Of a stretch of 38,439 nt of DNA, positions 18,009 through 27,847 are shown piece by piece (position 1 is the first letter of the stretch; every line of letters starts with the position of its first letter). Both the position numbers and the translations under genes were made by a program. Origin of the DNA: Promethearchaeota archaeon (lineage in GTDB: Archaea; Asgardarchaeota; Thorarchaeia; Thorarchaeales; Thorarchaeaceae). The stretch spans positions 1 through 38,439 of the forward strand of contig JBHLPF010000035.1 of NCBI GenBank assembly GCA_048939765.1, read 5' to 3'. The notes under the pieces are model-generated. The model saw only the letters and a program-made list of their open reading frames with translations. It searched no databases and had not been told where the DNA came from.

Positions 18009-18857
18009 ATGATGCGGACTATCAATGCCGAGAATTTTAACCTGGCAGACACAATTGAGTGCGGTCAGACCTTTAGCTGGATGAGAGAGGAAAAGGGATA
18101 CATCAACCCTGACGTTGGGCAGGTAGTATACGTAGAGCAACATGGGAACAAGCTCCACTATGAAACATCTGATAGGAATATAGATCTAAGGAAGCTATTC
18201 AGGCTGGATGACCCGCTACTTCAGATTCAAGACGAGATTGCCAAGGACAAAATCATGAGGGAGAGTATTGCATTTGCTCCTGGGCTTCGTCTTGTTTCGG
18301 ACGAGTTCTTTCCCTGTCTGATATCATTTATCCTCTCTATACAGAGCAACATCCCAAGGATGCATGGATGTATGCATTCTCTTAGACAGAAATATGGACA
18401 TATCTATGAGTTCCGTGGGAAGACCTTTTACGGCTTCCCCAGTCCGGAACAATTGAGTATCGCGTCTACACAGGACTTGAAAGAACTCATGTTTGGATGG
18501 CGATCCTCATTCATAGTCGGGACCACTGCCTCTATTCTGACTGGAGAAGTTGACCCTCAAGAGCTAGGCAAGCTCAATTATGCTGAGGCTCATAGAAGAT
18601 TGAAGTCCCTTCATGGAGTTGGAGACAAGGTCGCCGATTGTGTTTGCTTGTTCTCACTTGGCCATCTTGAAGCATTTCCAATCGATGTGTGGATTGAGAA
18701 AGTAATCAACCAGCATTATGACATATTCAAGACTTCAGGAAAGTCATACTCTAAGAGGTCGTTGGCCGCCAGAGAGTACTTTGGGAGATATGCTGGCTAT
18801 GCACAGGAGTACCTCTACAATTATGCTAGATTAGGGGAGGCAAGACTGGTACTTTAA
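18009..18857 (+). CDS. 8-oxoguanine DNA glycosylase (OGG1-like HhH-GPD)
   Basis: TIECGQTF, LISFILS, FPSPEQL, LHGVGDKVADC (catalytic Lys), FPIDVW (catalytic Asp), YAGYAQEYLY. Confidence 0.92.
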   Translation: MMRTINAENFNLADTIECGQTFSWMREEKGYINPDVGQVVYVEQHGNKLHYETSDRNIDLRKLFRLDDPLLQIQDEIAKDKIMRESIAFAPGLRLVSDEFFPCLISFILSIQSNIPRMHGCMHSLRQKYGHIYEFRGKTFYGFPSPEQLSIASTQDLKELMFGWRSSFIVGTTASILTGEVDPQELGKLNYAEAHRRLKSLHGVGDKVADCVCLFSLGHLEAFPIDVWIEKVINQHYDIFKTSGKSYSKRSLAAREYFGRYAGYAQEYLYNYARLGEARLVL

Positions 18858-18861
18858 ACAA

Positions 18862-19977
18862 TCAGAAGAACTGCTTTGGTTTTCTTCTTCGTTCGTACCA
18901 GGAATGATTTGTGATACCCTTGCTCATCTCCCATGCTCTTGTGTTGTAGAATGCAAGAGGATGGAGTATAAATCGGCACAGAGGATCGGAGGCGGTTCCA
19001 AGTTGAACTGGACATAGACCTGCGTTTTGGAGCTTCTTGCATCCAGGAGGTTTGTACTCCTTTCGACGAATGTGATCCACCTGATATCCAGCGAGACTCC
19101 TAGCAAAATCAGGTGAGCCCTCAAAGATCTTCATAATGGACTTCATATCCATATTGATATTGAGAAGGAACGATGCCAGAGCAAAGCGGCCTTCGTGTGA
19201 AACGTTCCTCCCGTCTAGATGGTCCTGATGCAGATTGGCGATGCATGGAGGGAATGCGGTTGATGCATCCTCTGGTAATTCGATTTCTGAACGCTCCCGA
19301 ACATAGGTGGGCATTTCGGATTCAATTCTTTGCACGGCCTCTGTTAGACGCATGGGCAGGTCAGGAACAGTGATTTCGCTTTGCTCGATGAGATTTTGAA
19401 ATTTCCCGGATATTAGTCTATGAAGCTCTGATTTCCTAACTGATACCCAACCGTGATCAAGATGACGGTTGATTAGTTTCCATTTCCCGGTAGCATCTTT
19501 GAAGGAGGGAGCAACTTCAAGAAAGTCCTCGAAATGAATCCGATAGTCAAAGCTTCTAAGTGAAATGGGTAGTTTTGCCCTCTCAGATGATGTTCCAGTA
19601 GATTCGATCTCCCATCCTAACGAATCGGTGCATAGACTCATGACATATCTCTCTCGCTCGGAGCTTAGATGCTTGTTGACAGCTTTGGACTCTGCGACAG
19701 CTTGAATCCCTCTAAGTGTCTGCCTTCCAATCTTTTCGACTATAAGACGGGCCGTCTGATATACAAGCAGAGCTTCCTCACGGACTATGGAGGGGATTTG
19801 AATCTCTGATTTTGTGAGTGCCGCATATACTCGACCCTCGGCCTCTTCAATTATGTCGTAATTGCGGGGATCCTCTAATATCTTGACCATGGAACCGATG
19901 TCACGTGCAATCTTCTGAACCGATGTCCTGGCCTCCACTGAAAAGGGATATTTCAGTAGCTCAATTGAAACGGCCAA
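18862..19977 (-). CDS. priL: DNA primase large subunit
   Basis: KYPF, WKLINR..HGWV, FPPCI, HEGRF.LASFL, YQVDHI, YKPPGC, Fe-S Cys, HPLAFY. Confidence 0.93.
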   Translation of the reverse strand: MAVSIELLKYPFSVEARTSVQKIARDIGSMVKILEDPRNYDIIEEAEGRVYAALTKSEIQIPSIVREEALLVYQTARLIVEKIGRQTLRGIQAVAESKAVNKHLSSERERYVMSLCTDSLGWEIESTGTSSERAKLPISLRSFDYRIHFEDFLEVAPSFKDATGKWKLINRHLDHGWVSVRKSELHRLISGKFQNLIEQSEITVPDLPMRLTEAVQRIESEMPTYVRERSEIELPEDASTAFPPCIANLHQDHLDGRNVSHEGRFALASFLLNINMDMKSIMKIFEGSPDFARSLAGYQVDHIRRKEYKPPGCKKLQNAGLCPVQLGTASDPLCRFILHPLAFYNTRAWEMSKGITNHSWYERRRKPKQFF

Positions 19978-20013
19978 GTCCTCGCGCCTCTCACCAGTAT
20001 TCTTTCTGACCCG

Positions 20014-20253
20014 TTAAATAACCTGTCCTCGACGACCTCTGGAGAACCGCTTCCCGAATGTTGGTGTGTAATCATCAATTCCTCTTGTATAGTACCTTTT
20101 TCCGCATGAAGTATACTGAAACATTTGGACTGCCTTCGTCCGACCCCAGCGGTCAAAGATACGATGTACATTCTCACTATGACAACGAGGACATACTACA
20201 TTGGATACCTCGTAGGTCCATGGCGAATGACGCCGTTTTGTCCTCATTGACAT
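20014..20253 (-). CDS. Small basic zinc-ribbon-like protein
   Basis: CPRCHS...QMFQYTSCGKRY; co-oriented between thioredoxin-like gene and priL. Confidence 0.65.
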   Translation of the reverse strand: MSMRTKRRHSPWTYEVSNVVCPRCHSENVHRIFDRWGRTKAVQMFQYTSCGKRYYTRGIDDYTPTFGKRFSRGRRGQVI

Positions 20254-20282
20254 CCTCACATACACAATGAAGGTGTGCTACC

Positions 20283-20822
20283 TTAAACTCGACCTAGAAC
20301 GTAGTCGGATCTTATCAGTAGACTCATGAACTCACTGAGACTTTGCCGTAGAATCTCTGAATCGCTGTACAGGCTCTTAAGCGCGGCTTTTCTGTCGGCC
20401 AGGACCGGCTTAGAACCCTGATTCACATGCTTATAGGCTGCATTAGGTCTCTCGACCCATCGACATATCTCCTGGTTCTCTTCACTCATGAAAAGCACTA
20501 CAGGCGTCTTTCTCTTCCCGTTGACCTTGTATTGCTGGTGGAGTTTAGCATTCTTATCACTGTCAAGAACACGAAGCTTTAGTCTTGGAGAAAGCGCCGT
20601 CATCCGGGCAAGCACGGGTATGTTTCCTGCAGAATCATCACAGCGGTCAGTTCCAATGACAAGGATTCGAATCTCATTCTGAATGCTGCTCAATGTCTCT
20701 TGTTCAGCCTCATTTAGCATGAGATCAGTGTATCGTGCTTTCATAAGCTCGACATTCTCACGAGCATTCTTTAGGAATGTATCGTATTCCACAGCACTGT
20801 CCCAATCTGCAGTTTCACACAT
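20283..20822 (-). CDS. Thioredoxin-fold protein (Thioredoxin_9-like, CxxS)
   Basis: ILVIGTDRCDDS..NIPVL, GKRKTPVVLF, RWVERP. Confidence 0.85.
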   Translation of the reverse strand: MCETADWDSAVEYDTFLKNARENVELMKARYTDLMLNEAEQETLSSIQNEIRILVIGTDRCDDSAGNIPVLARMTALSPRLKLRVLDSDKNAKLHQQYKVNGKRKTPVVLFMSEENQEICRWVERPNAAYKHVNQGSKPVLADRKAALKSLYSDSEILRQSLSEFMSLLIRSDYVLGRV

Positions 20823-20968
20823 GTTCTACCAACTCAATATTCACGAAGAATTCCGCTGAGCATGCCAGCAATATCATCTTGCGGCGTTCGAATAAAAGGA
20901 TTACCTGAAAGGCATTTACAATCAAGAAATGGAAACAAATCTATAGTCAGCTCCTTGGATGAAGATAC

Positions 20969-21652
20969 ATGGTAGAAACAACTCGTAGAGCCTTGATGCA
21001 AGATCTTAGGAGTAGAGAGGACAAAGAGAAAGGGAGAATGGTTGCCAGCTACATGAAGACATCGAGCCTTCGATTCCTCGGAGTTTCTGTGACCGAGGCT
21101 CGCAAGATTACAAGGATGCACATCAGAGGACTGGCTATTGATGACTTACCCTTGCTGATAGAGCTGCTATGGCAAGAGCCTGTATTCGATTTCAAGCTAG
21201 CGGCAATAGAAACACTTGAGGAGTACAGTGCAAAGGGCAACATCAAGATTGCATTTGCCATGATTGATAGAATGGTTGAGGACGTTGATACATGGTCCAC
21301 TGTAGACCCATTATGCATCGTCTGTCTGGCAAATATCATCATAAGAGACCCAGATTATGAGAAGAAGATAGCTAAGTGGCGTAGAAGCAACAACTTCTGG
21401 AGGCGTAGAGCTTCTATCTTGCCCTATGTGCATCTATCCAAGAAGAGCATCTATCGTAAAGAGTATGCAGAACGTTCGCTTGCCGCAATCGAGCCCCACC
21501 TATCCGATACCGAGTTCTTTGTGGCAAAGGCAGTTGGATGGGTTCTAAGAGAACTGAGCAAGAGAGAACCAGACCTCGTACGTAGATTCATTGATGATAA
21601 TAGGGAGAGGATGACCAAACTCTCGATAAGAGAAGGAAGCAAGAAACTGTAG
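20969..21652 (+). CDS. DNA alkylation repair protein (AlkD-like)
   Basis: YMKTS..FLGV, VDTWSTVD, NFWRRR, EFFVAKAVGWVLRELSK. Confidence 0.9.
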   Translation: MVETTRRALMQDLRSREDKEKGRMVASYMKTSSLRFLGVSVTEARKITRMHIRGLAIDDLPLLIELLWQEPVFDFKLAAIETLEEYSAKGNIKIAFAMIDRMVEDVDTWSTVDPLCIVCLANIIIRDPDYEKKIAKWRRSNNFWRRRASILPYVHLSKKSIYRKEYAERSLAAIEPHLSDTEFFVAKAVGWVLRELSKREPDLVRRFIDDNRERMTKLSIREGSKKL

Positions 21653-21712
21653 TAGGCTTCTCGGGGCTTCCGAGTAGATGATATAAGGCCAGGGTTTGCT
21701 GGAATCAGTAAC

Positions 21713-22060
21713 ATGACAGCTAAGATGATGGCATATTGTGGGATCGTCTGTACGGAATGTAACGCATACATTGCAACAAAGACCAATGATGATGAGCTCC
21801 GACAGAAGACAGCAAATGAGTGGGGCTCACCTGAATGGCCTGTTGAGGCTGCAGATATCAATTGTCAGGGGTGCAAATCGACCGGAGATGAACATTTCAA
21901 GTTCTGTTCGACTTGTGGTGTCAGAGCCTGCGGTAGTCAACGCGATGTCGAAACGTGTGCACACTGTGAGGACTACGGATGTGATATTCTCGAGGAATTC
22001 CTCAAGATGACAGGAGAATCGTTCAGAGAGAAGCTCGAGGCACTCAGAAGGAGCCTTTAG
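21713..22060 (+). CDS. DUF3795 Cys-rich protein
   Basis: AYCGIVCTEC.AY, CQGC, C.VRAC, TCAHCEDY.C. Confidence 0.88.
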   Translation: MTAKMMAYCGIVCTECNAYIATKTNDDELRQKTANEWGSPEWPVEAADINCQGCKSTGDEHFKFCSTCGVRACGSQRDVETCAHCEDYGCDILEEFLKMTGESFREKLEALRRSL

Positions 22061-22140
22061 CGCCTCATCATAGACAATACTTTCGGTTTCCTGTTGGGTT
22101 TATCTAACATAGTCTTTCACTATACTTAGGAGCACTGAGA

Positions 22141-23271
22141 ATGAAGAGAGCAGGTGTTGCTGACCTGAAGCTGCATCCAGGCAAGGCACCATATTGGCTG
22201 GTCAAGAGGATGATGCCCATGGCCAGTGCGCTCTGTGAGTTCATTGTGGACGAGTTTGGCACACTCGAGCTTCTAAGACGACTCTCAGATCCGGTCTACT
22301 TTCAAGCGCTGTCGAATGTGTTGGGTTATGATTGGGACAGTTCAGGATCAACCACGGTGACATGCGGAGTCCTGAAGTCTGTTCTGAGTTGGGAGAAGCA
22401 CGGCATGGTAGGCATAGGAGGGAAAGGACTTGCCTCCAGAAAGGTGCCAGATCAGCTGAGGGCATTGGAAGACTTTGGACTCGATGGATACGGACTTGCT
22501 GAGATAAGCAAGGCCGTTGCAAAGGTAGACAATGCCGCAGTCCAGGACGGATATCAGCTGTATCAGCATGTCTTCTTTGTAGACCCTGAGGAAAACTGGA
22601 CAGTGGTACAGCAAGGCATGGATAACAATTCAAACGATGCGCGCAGGTACCACTGGATCTCTGAAGAAGTGGAGAGCTTCATTGATGAGCCTCACTCTGG
22701 AATGATATCGGGGCAGGTGAAGAAGGCGACTCTCGATCTCACCTCCAAGGAGTCGGATGAGTGTCGAAAGACAACTCTTGATGTAGTCAAGGAGAATCCG
22801 CGAAAAGTCAGGAAGCTCTTCGAGGATATGAAGGCATATGGTGAGAGCACGCTGATCCCATGGATTGAAGGAGATGACCCAGAGGTTTCAATGCCATCTT
22901 ACAAGGTAATCCCCAACAGAATGGACTGGAATGCAGTACGCAAGGCATACGAAGTGCAGCCATCCGGCTATGAGGATATGCTCTTTATAGATGGGATGGG
23001 GCCCGCCACAGTGAGGGGATTGTCTCTTATCTCAGAGATGATCTATGGGTCAGCACCATCCTGGTCAGATCCAGTCCGCATGACATTTGCATTTGGTGGG
23101 AAGGATGGAGTACCTTATCCAGTCCCTCGTCAAAACTATGATGAGGCAATCAAGTTCATGGAGCAAGCTTTGAACGATGCGAAACTGGGTAGAAGAGACC
23201 GCGTTGTAGCCCTCAGGAGGCTGAGGGATTTTGCACCCCCGGTCCTCCATGCGACTTCCCAAGGTAGCTGA
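22141..23271 (+). CDS. DUF763 family protein
   Basis: ADLKLH.GKAP.WL, DWDSSGSTT, AKVDNAAVQDGYQLY, VQQGM, ARRYHW, GGKDGVPYPV. Confidence 0.93.
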   Translation: MKRAGVADLKLHPGKAPYWLVKRMMPMASALCEFIVDEFGTLELLRRLSDPVYFQALSNVLGYDWDSSGSTTVTCGVLKSVLSWEKHGMVGIGGKGLASRKVPDQLRALEDFGLDGYGLAEISKAVAKVDNAAVQDGYQLYQHVFFVDPEENWTVVQQGMDNNSNDARRYHWISEEVESFIDEPHSGMISGQVKKATLDLTSKESDECRKTTLDVVKENPRKVRKLFEDMKAYGESTLIPWIEGDDPEVSMPSYKVIPNRMDWNAVRKAYEVQPSGYEDMLFIDGMGPATVRGLSLISEMIYGSAPSWSDPVRMTFAFGGKDGVPYPVPRQNYDEAIKFMEQALNDAKLGRRDRVVALRRLRDFAPPVLHATSQGS

Positions 23272-23324
23272 CGTCGATGGTGCAGACCGAAGCATAGATT
23301 TTACCGACTTGCACAACCAAACCC

Positions 23325-24131
23325 ATGATAGAGATTGAGCCTTATGACAATCTGATGACATGTATCAAGACTGGCTCAGAATTCAATGGCAGTGTTGTGA
23401 TGTGGACTTATGCCTACCGGATTGAGGACTCTCTAATAGATGCAGGATGCCCAAATGCATCTAGGGAAATTCAGGAATTTGCCACCAGAAATCCAATCAG
23501 ACGTGTTTTTGTGACACATACTCATGAAGACCATCTTGGCTGTTGCTCAGTTCTCGCACCTGAATCCGAGATATATGCAACACCCCCCGTTGCAGAGTTT
23601 CTGAAGAATCCAAAGGCACTCCCTGACTTCTTTGTGATGGTCTGGGGTCAACCAGAACCAGTTCATGAAGTCTTGCCGATGCCTCAACAGTTTGAGATTG
23701 GGGATCTATCATTTGAATGGTTATCACTGCCTGGCCATACAGACCATATGATAGGGTTCTACGAAAGGGAGAGAGGGTGGCTTTTCTCTGCGGATGCAGT
23801 CCCATTGCCATCAAGGAAGGAACTGGCAATGCCTGATGAGAATGTTCCAGAGATGATAGCCACCATGGAGAAGATTCAGAAACTTGAACTGAACATTCTC
23901 TTTGATGGTCATAGGGGACCTGTAGAAGATCCCTACGAATACATTCAGAAGCGAATTGATTTTCTGAAGGAATTACAGGAATCTGTAAGGGAACTGCATG
24001 GTCAGGGGCAAGATATTCCGGAAATCCAGGAGAGTCTTGGAATAGAGGCACCTTGGTATGCTGGTATGACTGAGGGACGATTCACTGTGGACCACTTGAT
24101 TAAATCGCTGATTTTTGATGAAGTTCCCTAA
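23325..24131 (+). CDS. Metallo-beta-lactamase-fold hydrolase
   Basis: THTHEDH, PGHTDH, LFSAD, GHRG. Confidence 0.9.
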   Translation: MIEIEPYDNLMTCIKTGSEFNGSVVMWTYAYRIEDSLIDAGCPNASREIQEFATRNPIRRVFVTHTHEDHLGCCSVLAPESEIYATPPVAEFLKNPKALPDFFVMVWGQPEPVHEVLPMPQQFEIGDLSFEWLSLPGHTDHMIGFYERERGWLFSADAVPLPSRKELAMPDENVPEMIATMEKIQKLELNILFDGHRGPVEDPYEYIQKRIDFLKELQESVRELHGQGQDIPEIQESLGIEAPWYAGMTEGRFTVDHLIKSLIFDEVP

Positions 24132-24188
24132 GCTGAGAAGTAATAAGGGCAGGATTCAACTAATGCGTGAAAGTGAGATGAGCAAGAG

Positions 24189-24503
24189 ATGCTTATGGGA
24201 ATCGTAACAATAGCAGTCATCATCATTGTAGCTGCTGCCACTCCACTCATTTTCCCTAACATCTATGCTGACACAATAGGTCATTTCTTGGCGGCTAGGC
24301 CAGACGATTACGAAGGTTGGACATTCTATGGGGAAATTCTGACCCGATTGAAGGAATACGACACTGCACTATTTGCCTTTAACAAAGCAGTGGCAATCAG
24401 GCCGGACTATTCAAGTGCGTGGGAGAAGATGGGAGACCTCTTCATGCTGCTGAACGAACCCGAAAACGCCAATCAAGCCTACAGAATGGCAAGAGATGAA
24501 TAA
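24189..24503 (+). CDS. Small membrane-anchored TPR protein
   Basis: N-terminal TM helix followed by two TPR-like repeats. Confidence 0.75.
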   Translation: MLMGIVTIAVIIIVAAATPLIFPNIYADTIGHFLAARPDDYEGWTFYGEILTRLKEYDTALFAFNKAVAIRPDYSSAWEKMGDLFMLLNEPENANQAYRMARDE

Positions 24504-24644
24504 TTCCCCATCACTCGTCTTTAGGCATGCATCTTCCCGCATAGACATATTTGTCGTTCATCATTCGACTGGCTATATGGTCCGTCATTGAACACCTGCG
24601 AAAATGGACAGGCTTTAGGTCTTGCACAGAAGATGGCATTTCTT

Positions 24645-25799
24645 TTATCGGGTCTTCTTCGACTTCCTCCTGCGTTCATCGAATCTGTCAGAGAAGGAGC
24701 GAGAGGCCTTTTCATGTTCTCGTTCTGCACGGGCGGCCTTCTTTTGGTGTGAGCAGTTGATACGTGCTGCACGGCCTAGCTCTGTAACGCGTTTTGCTTC
24801 TTTGTCGTCACCACGCCTCTTGTAGAGCTTTCGTGCCTCTTTCCAAGCCTCTGATGCAGAACAAAAATCATCCAGTCGGGCAGAGGTTGTTGCTTTTGCA
24901 TCAAACACCCGTGGATCATCCTTGACCAATGCAGTAAGTCGCTCCCAAGTCTTGCTGGCTCCAGACCAGTCCTCTAAATCCATTTGGACAAAGCCCAGAT
25001 TTCGAAGCGCGGTGATATGTTTCTTGTCACGAACTAATGCCCTTCGAAAATGCGCCGCCGCATCTTTCAGCCGACCAGCTTTGAACTCGATCATGCCCAT
25101 AGTGTTCTCAACTGACGCATCACTTGGGTCGATTTCTGAGGCCTTCTTGAGAGCCTTCATCGCCGCATGTTGTCTACCGTATCTGATGTTCACATCGGCA
25201 AGAACACGCCAGGTTTCTATGTCGTCTGGTGCTAGCTTGGTGGCCTTCTCAGCTGATTTCACTGCTTCATTTCCCTTCTCCATCATTGAGAGGCCTATTG
25301 CTCGATGAACCAGCGCCGTCACCTTTTCAGGATCAAGCAGCAGCGCATGGTCATAGTCCCTGACTGCATCATTGAAGTGTCCCTGCTCCAACTTGATGTC
25401 GCCCATCCGAATCCAGACAGCTGGAACGTCAGTGACTGATTTGCTGACCTTCTCATAGCATGCAAGCTCTTCATCCGTTCGGCCTAGTGCATGCAGAGCC
25501 TTGGCCTTGTCAATAAGGGCCTCTGAATTGTTTGGAGAGAGGCGAAGTGCTCTGTCGAAAGACTCCAACGCGCTACTTGCCTTGTCGGGACCTAGAGCCA
25601 TAAGGACACGACCGCGATTAGTGTGTGCCTCTGAGAGGCCTGAGTCCAAGCGAATTGCTCGGTTCAAACAGCGCAGAGCCTCTCCGAACTCCTTCTTGTT
25701 TGCTAGAAGAACTCCCCGGACATTCCAAGCGGATGCATCATCTGGATTCTCCTCAAGATGCTTCTCCACAGCTCTCAGGGTATCATCCACAGATGTCAT
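24645..25799 (-). CDS. Tetratricopeptide repeat protein
   Basis: About 9 TPR repeats (AWNVRG, AHTNRG, ALVHRA...) and a basic C-terminal tail. Confidence 0.9.
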   Translation of the reverse strand: MTSVDDTLRAVEKHLEENPDDASAWNVRGVLLANKKEFGEALRCLNRAIRLDSGLSEAHTNRGRVLMALGPDKASSALESFDRALRLSPNNSEALIDKAKALHALGRTDEELACYEKVSKSVTDVPAVWIRMGDIKLEQGHFNDAVRDYDHALLLDPEKVTALVHRAIGLSMMEKGNEAVKSAEKATKLAPDDIETWRVLADVNIRYGRQHAAMKALKKASEIDPSDASVENTMGMIEFKAGRLKDAAAHFRRALVRDKKHITALRNLGFVQMDLEDWSGASKTWERLTALVKDDPRVFDAKATTSARLDDFCSASEAWKEARKLYKRRGDDKEAKRVTELGRAARINCSHQKKAARAEREHEKASRSFSDRFDERRRKSKKTR

Positions 25800-25906
25800 C
25801 CAAATCTAGATGATATCACTTGGATTGAAGAAAAAGGTTGACCGACTAGACTCCTCTGCCGTCAGATATAGATAGAGGTAGGCAAATTGCATGTCCACTT
25901 GGCGGA

Positions 25907-26650
25907 GTGCTGATGATAGAAGGAATTGATGCCCTTATCTTCGACTTAGGAGGAACCCTTTACAGGACCGAGAGAGACCTAGGAGAGGTCCATAGACGAT
26001 TTCTTGCCGAGGTAGGCCTGGCAGATATCGCAGTCATGTCTGACTATGAGCTTGAAGGAGCGCAATCCCGCGGCCCGGATGTGTGGCTCGATGAGTTCAT
26101 GTTGAAGAAGCGAGCCGACCTGCATTGGGAACCATCCAGAGAGGATTGGGTGGAGTATGATAAGAGACTGTTGAGGAGCCTTGGCGCAAAAGGGGATATT
26201 GAGAGATTGGCTAATGATCTTCAATCATTATGGGATGATTGGCTTCGACTTGAACGATACATAGCTCTTGATGGCTGTAGAGAAACACTAGTGGAACTGA
26301 AGAGGAGAGGCTACAAGCTTGGAATGGCATCAAATCGCTTTGGAGACCCTAAATCTGTCCTGAAGCGAGATGGCAACCTATCTCTCTTTGGATCTGTAGA
26401 GTATACAAATGTGCCTGGATACAAGAAGCCATCTCCGTACATGTTGTTCAAGGTGGCTGACGACCTTGGAATCAATCCGAGAAGATGCGTGTACGTCGGC
26501 AACTATGTGAAATATGATGTTGAGGCTGCAATCAGAGGCGAGATGGTACCGATTTTAATCGTAGAGTGCAACCCTGCGGAGAGAGAGATTGCACCGGCCA
26601 ATACCACGATTATCGAGCATTTGCCTGAACTACTGGAAATCTTACCATAA
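25907..26650 (+). CDS. HAD-superfamily hydrolase
   Basis: IFDLGGTLY, MASN, KPSP, YVGN...DV. Confidence 0.88.
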   Translation: MLMIEGIDALIFDLGGTLYRTERDLGEVHRRFLAEVGLADIAVMSDYELEGAQSRGPDVWLDEFMLKKRADLHWEPSREDWVEYDKRLLRSLGAKGDIERLANDLQSLWDDWLRLERYIALDGCRETLVELKRRGYKLGMASNRFGDPKSVLKRDGNLSLFGSVEYTNVPGYKKPSPYMLFKVADDLGINPRRCVYVGNYVKYDVEAAIRGEMVPILIVECNPAEREIAPANTTIIEHLPELLEILP

Positions 26651-26683
26651 TCCTAAAGACAAAAGAGCAACATACTCAGGGCA

Positions 26684-27493
26684 ATGAAACATGGACTATG
26701 CGGAGCTATACTCTCTGTTGCATTGCTTATCTCATTTCTCAGCGCTCCATCCATTTCAGCCCAGAGCAATCATAACCTAGAGTGGGGAGTGGATGTAGGT
26801 GACGAGGTAACATATGTTCTGCAGAGAAAATTGCTCGACGAGACCTTTGGCTCCTATCTCAGTGAGTTCATGCCGTTCATCTCCGAAGTAGATGAAGGAC
26901 AAAAGATTACCGCGCGCGTCACACATCTTGATCCCATTCCTTCTTTGATCAATGAGTCTAGTCAGATGCCATGGTCAAATTGCACTCTGATTCGTCAAAA
27001 TGACTCTGAAGTCATAATGGAAGACATGTTTTTGGTCGTAGTGCCAATTGGTGACTGGAATTTCTCAAGCGAACTGGGTGGGTTTGCATTCTTTGGAGGC
27101 GTCAATGAATCAGAAGCGCCCAGTAACTTCACAGCTTTTGACGATATTGAATTGGTTGACACCGATACAACCTGGGGCACTGTAATTGACACCTCATTCG
27201 TCTTCGGAATATTCCCCATCTCTATCTATATGGAGATGCTCTACGAAAAGGTCAATGGGACTCTAACAAGCATGCAAATGCGTGTCAATTTTGCTGGGAA
27301 TGACATGATAAATCTCGTGTTCACCCAGTGGTATCCAGGAATAATGCTCATACTTCCTCCAGAGTTGCAGCTTCTCACAATTGGCCTTATTTCTACTGGA
27401 GCGATTATCATCGTTCTCATAGCTTTCTTCTATAGGCGTCGACAGATGCGGCGGGCTCAGCTTGTTGCACCTTCAGAGATACATGGTGAGTAG
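26684..27493 (+). CDS. Secreted protein with C-terminal membrane anchor
   Basis: Signal peptide, LEWGVDVGDEVTY, C-terminal TM followed by RRR. Confidence 0.8.
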   Translation: MKHGLCGAILSVALLISFLSAPSISAQSNHNLEWGVDVGDEVTYVLQRKLLDETFGSYLSEFMPFISEVDEGQKITARVTHLDPIPSLINESSQMPWSNCTLIRQNDSEVIMEDMFLVVVPIGDWNFSSELGGFAFFGGVNESEAPSNFTAFDDIELVDTDTTWGTVIDTSFVFGIFPISIYMEMLYEKVNGTLTSMQMRVNFAGNDMINLVFTQWYPGIMLILPPELQLLTIGLISTGAIIIVLIAFFYRRRQMRRAQLVAPSEIHGE

Positions 27494-27496
27494 TCT

Positions 27497-27847
27497 ATGA
27501 AGCCTAAAGATACCGAGATGCGGCAGATTGAATGTCCAAAGGCAATATGCGAGGTCACAGTCCAAGTGGGAGAACGCTTCTTCTACCAGTTTCATAGACA
27601 TGGTTCTGTCGGTGAGGATGCTGAGTTTGAGATTGATGATGACACGGTGATTTATCTGGAGGACACCGAATCCGAGTATGTGAATCCAGAGAACATGAAG
27701 AAGCCAGGATGGACCGGAGGAGACGCTGAGAAGGTGAGGTGGATTTTCAGAGCATTACGCCCAGGGAAAGCAACACTCACCATTCGGACATTGTTCAGGT
27801 TCGAGGTGGAAGAAGATCGACTCATAGACGTCACAGTGGTATTCTAA
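27497..27847 (+). CDS. Chagasin/I42 protease-inhibitor-like Ig-fold protein
   Basis: VTVQVGERF...GGDAEKVRWIFRALRPGKATLTI pattern. Confidence 0.6.
   Translation: MKPKDTEMRQIECPKAICEVTVQVGERFFYQFHRHGSVGEDAEFEIDDDTVIYLEDTESEYVNPENMKKPGWTGGDAEKVRWIFRALRPGKATLTIRTLFRFEVEEDRLIDVTVVF

Noticed and set aside
20014-20253. IS1-family insertion sequence
   Set aside because: No DDE domain, terminal inverted repeats or target duplication visible
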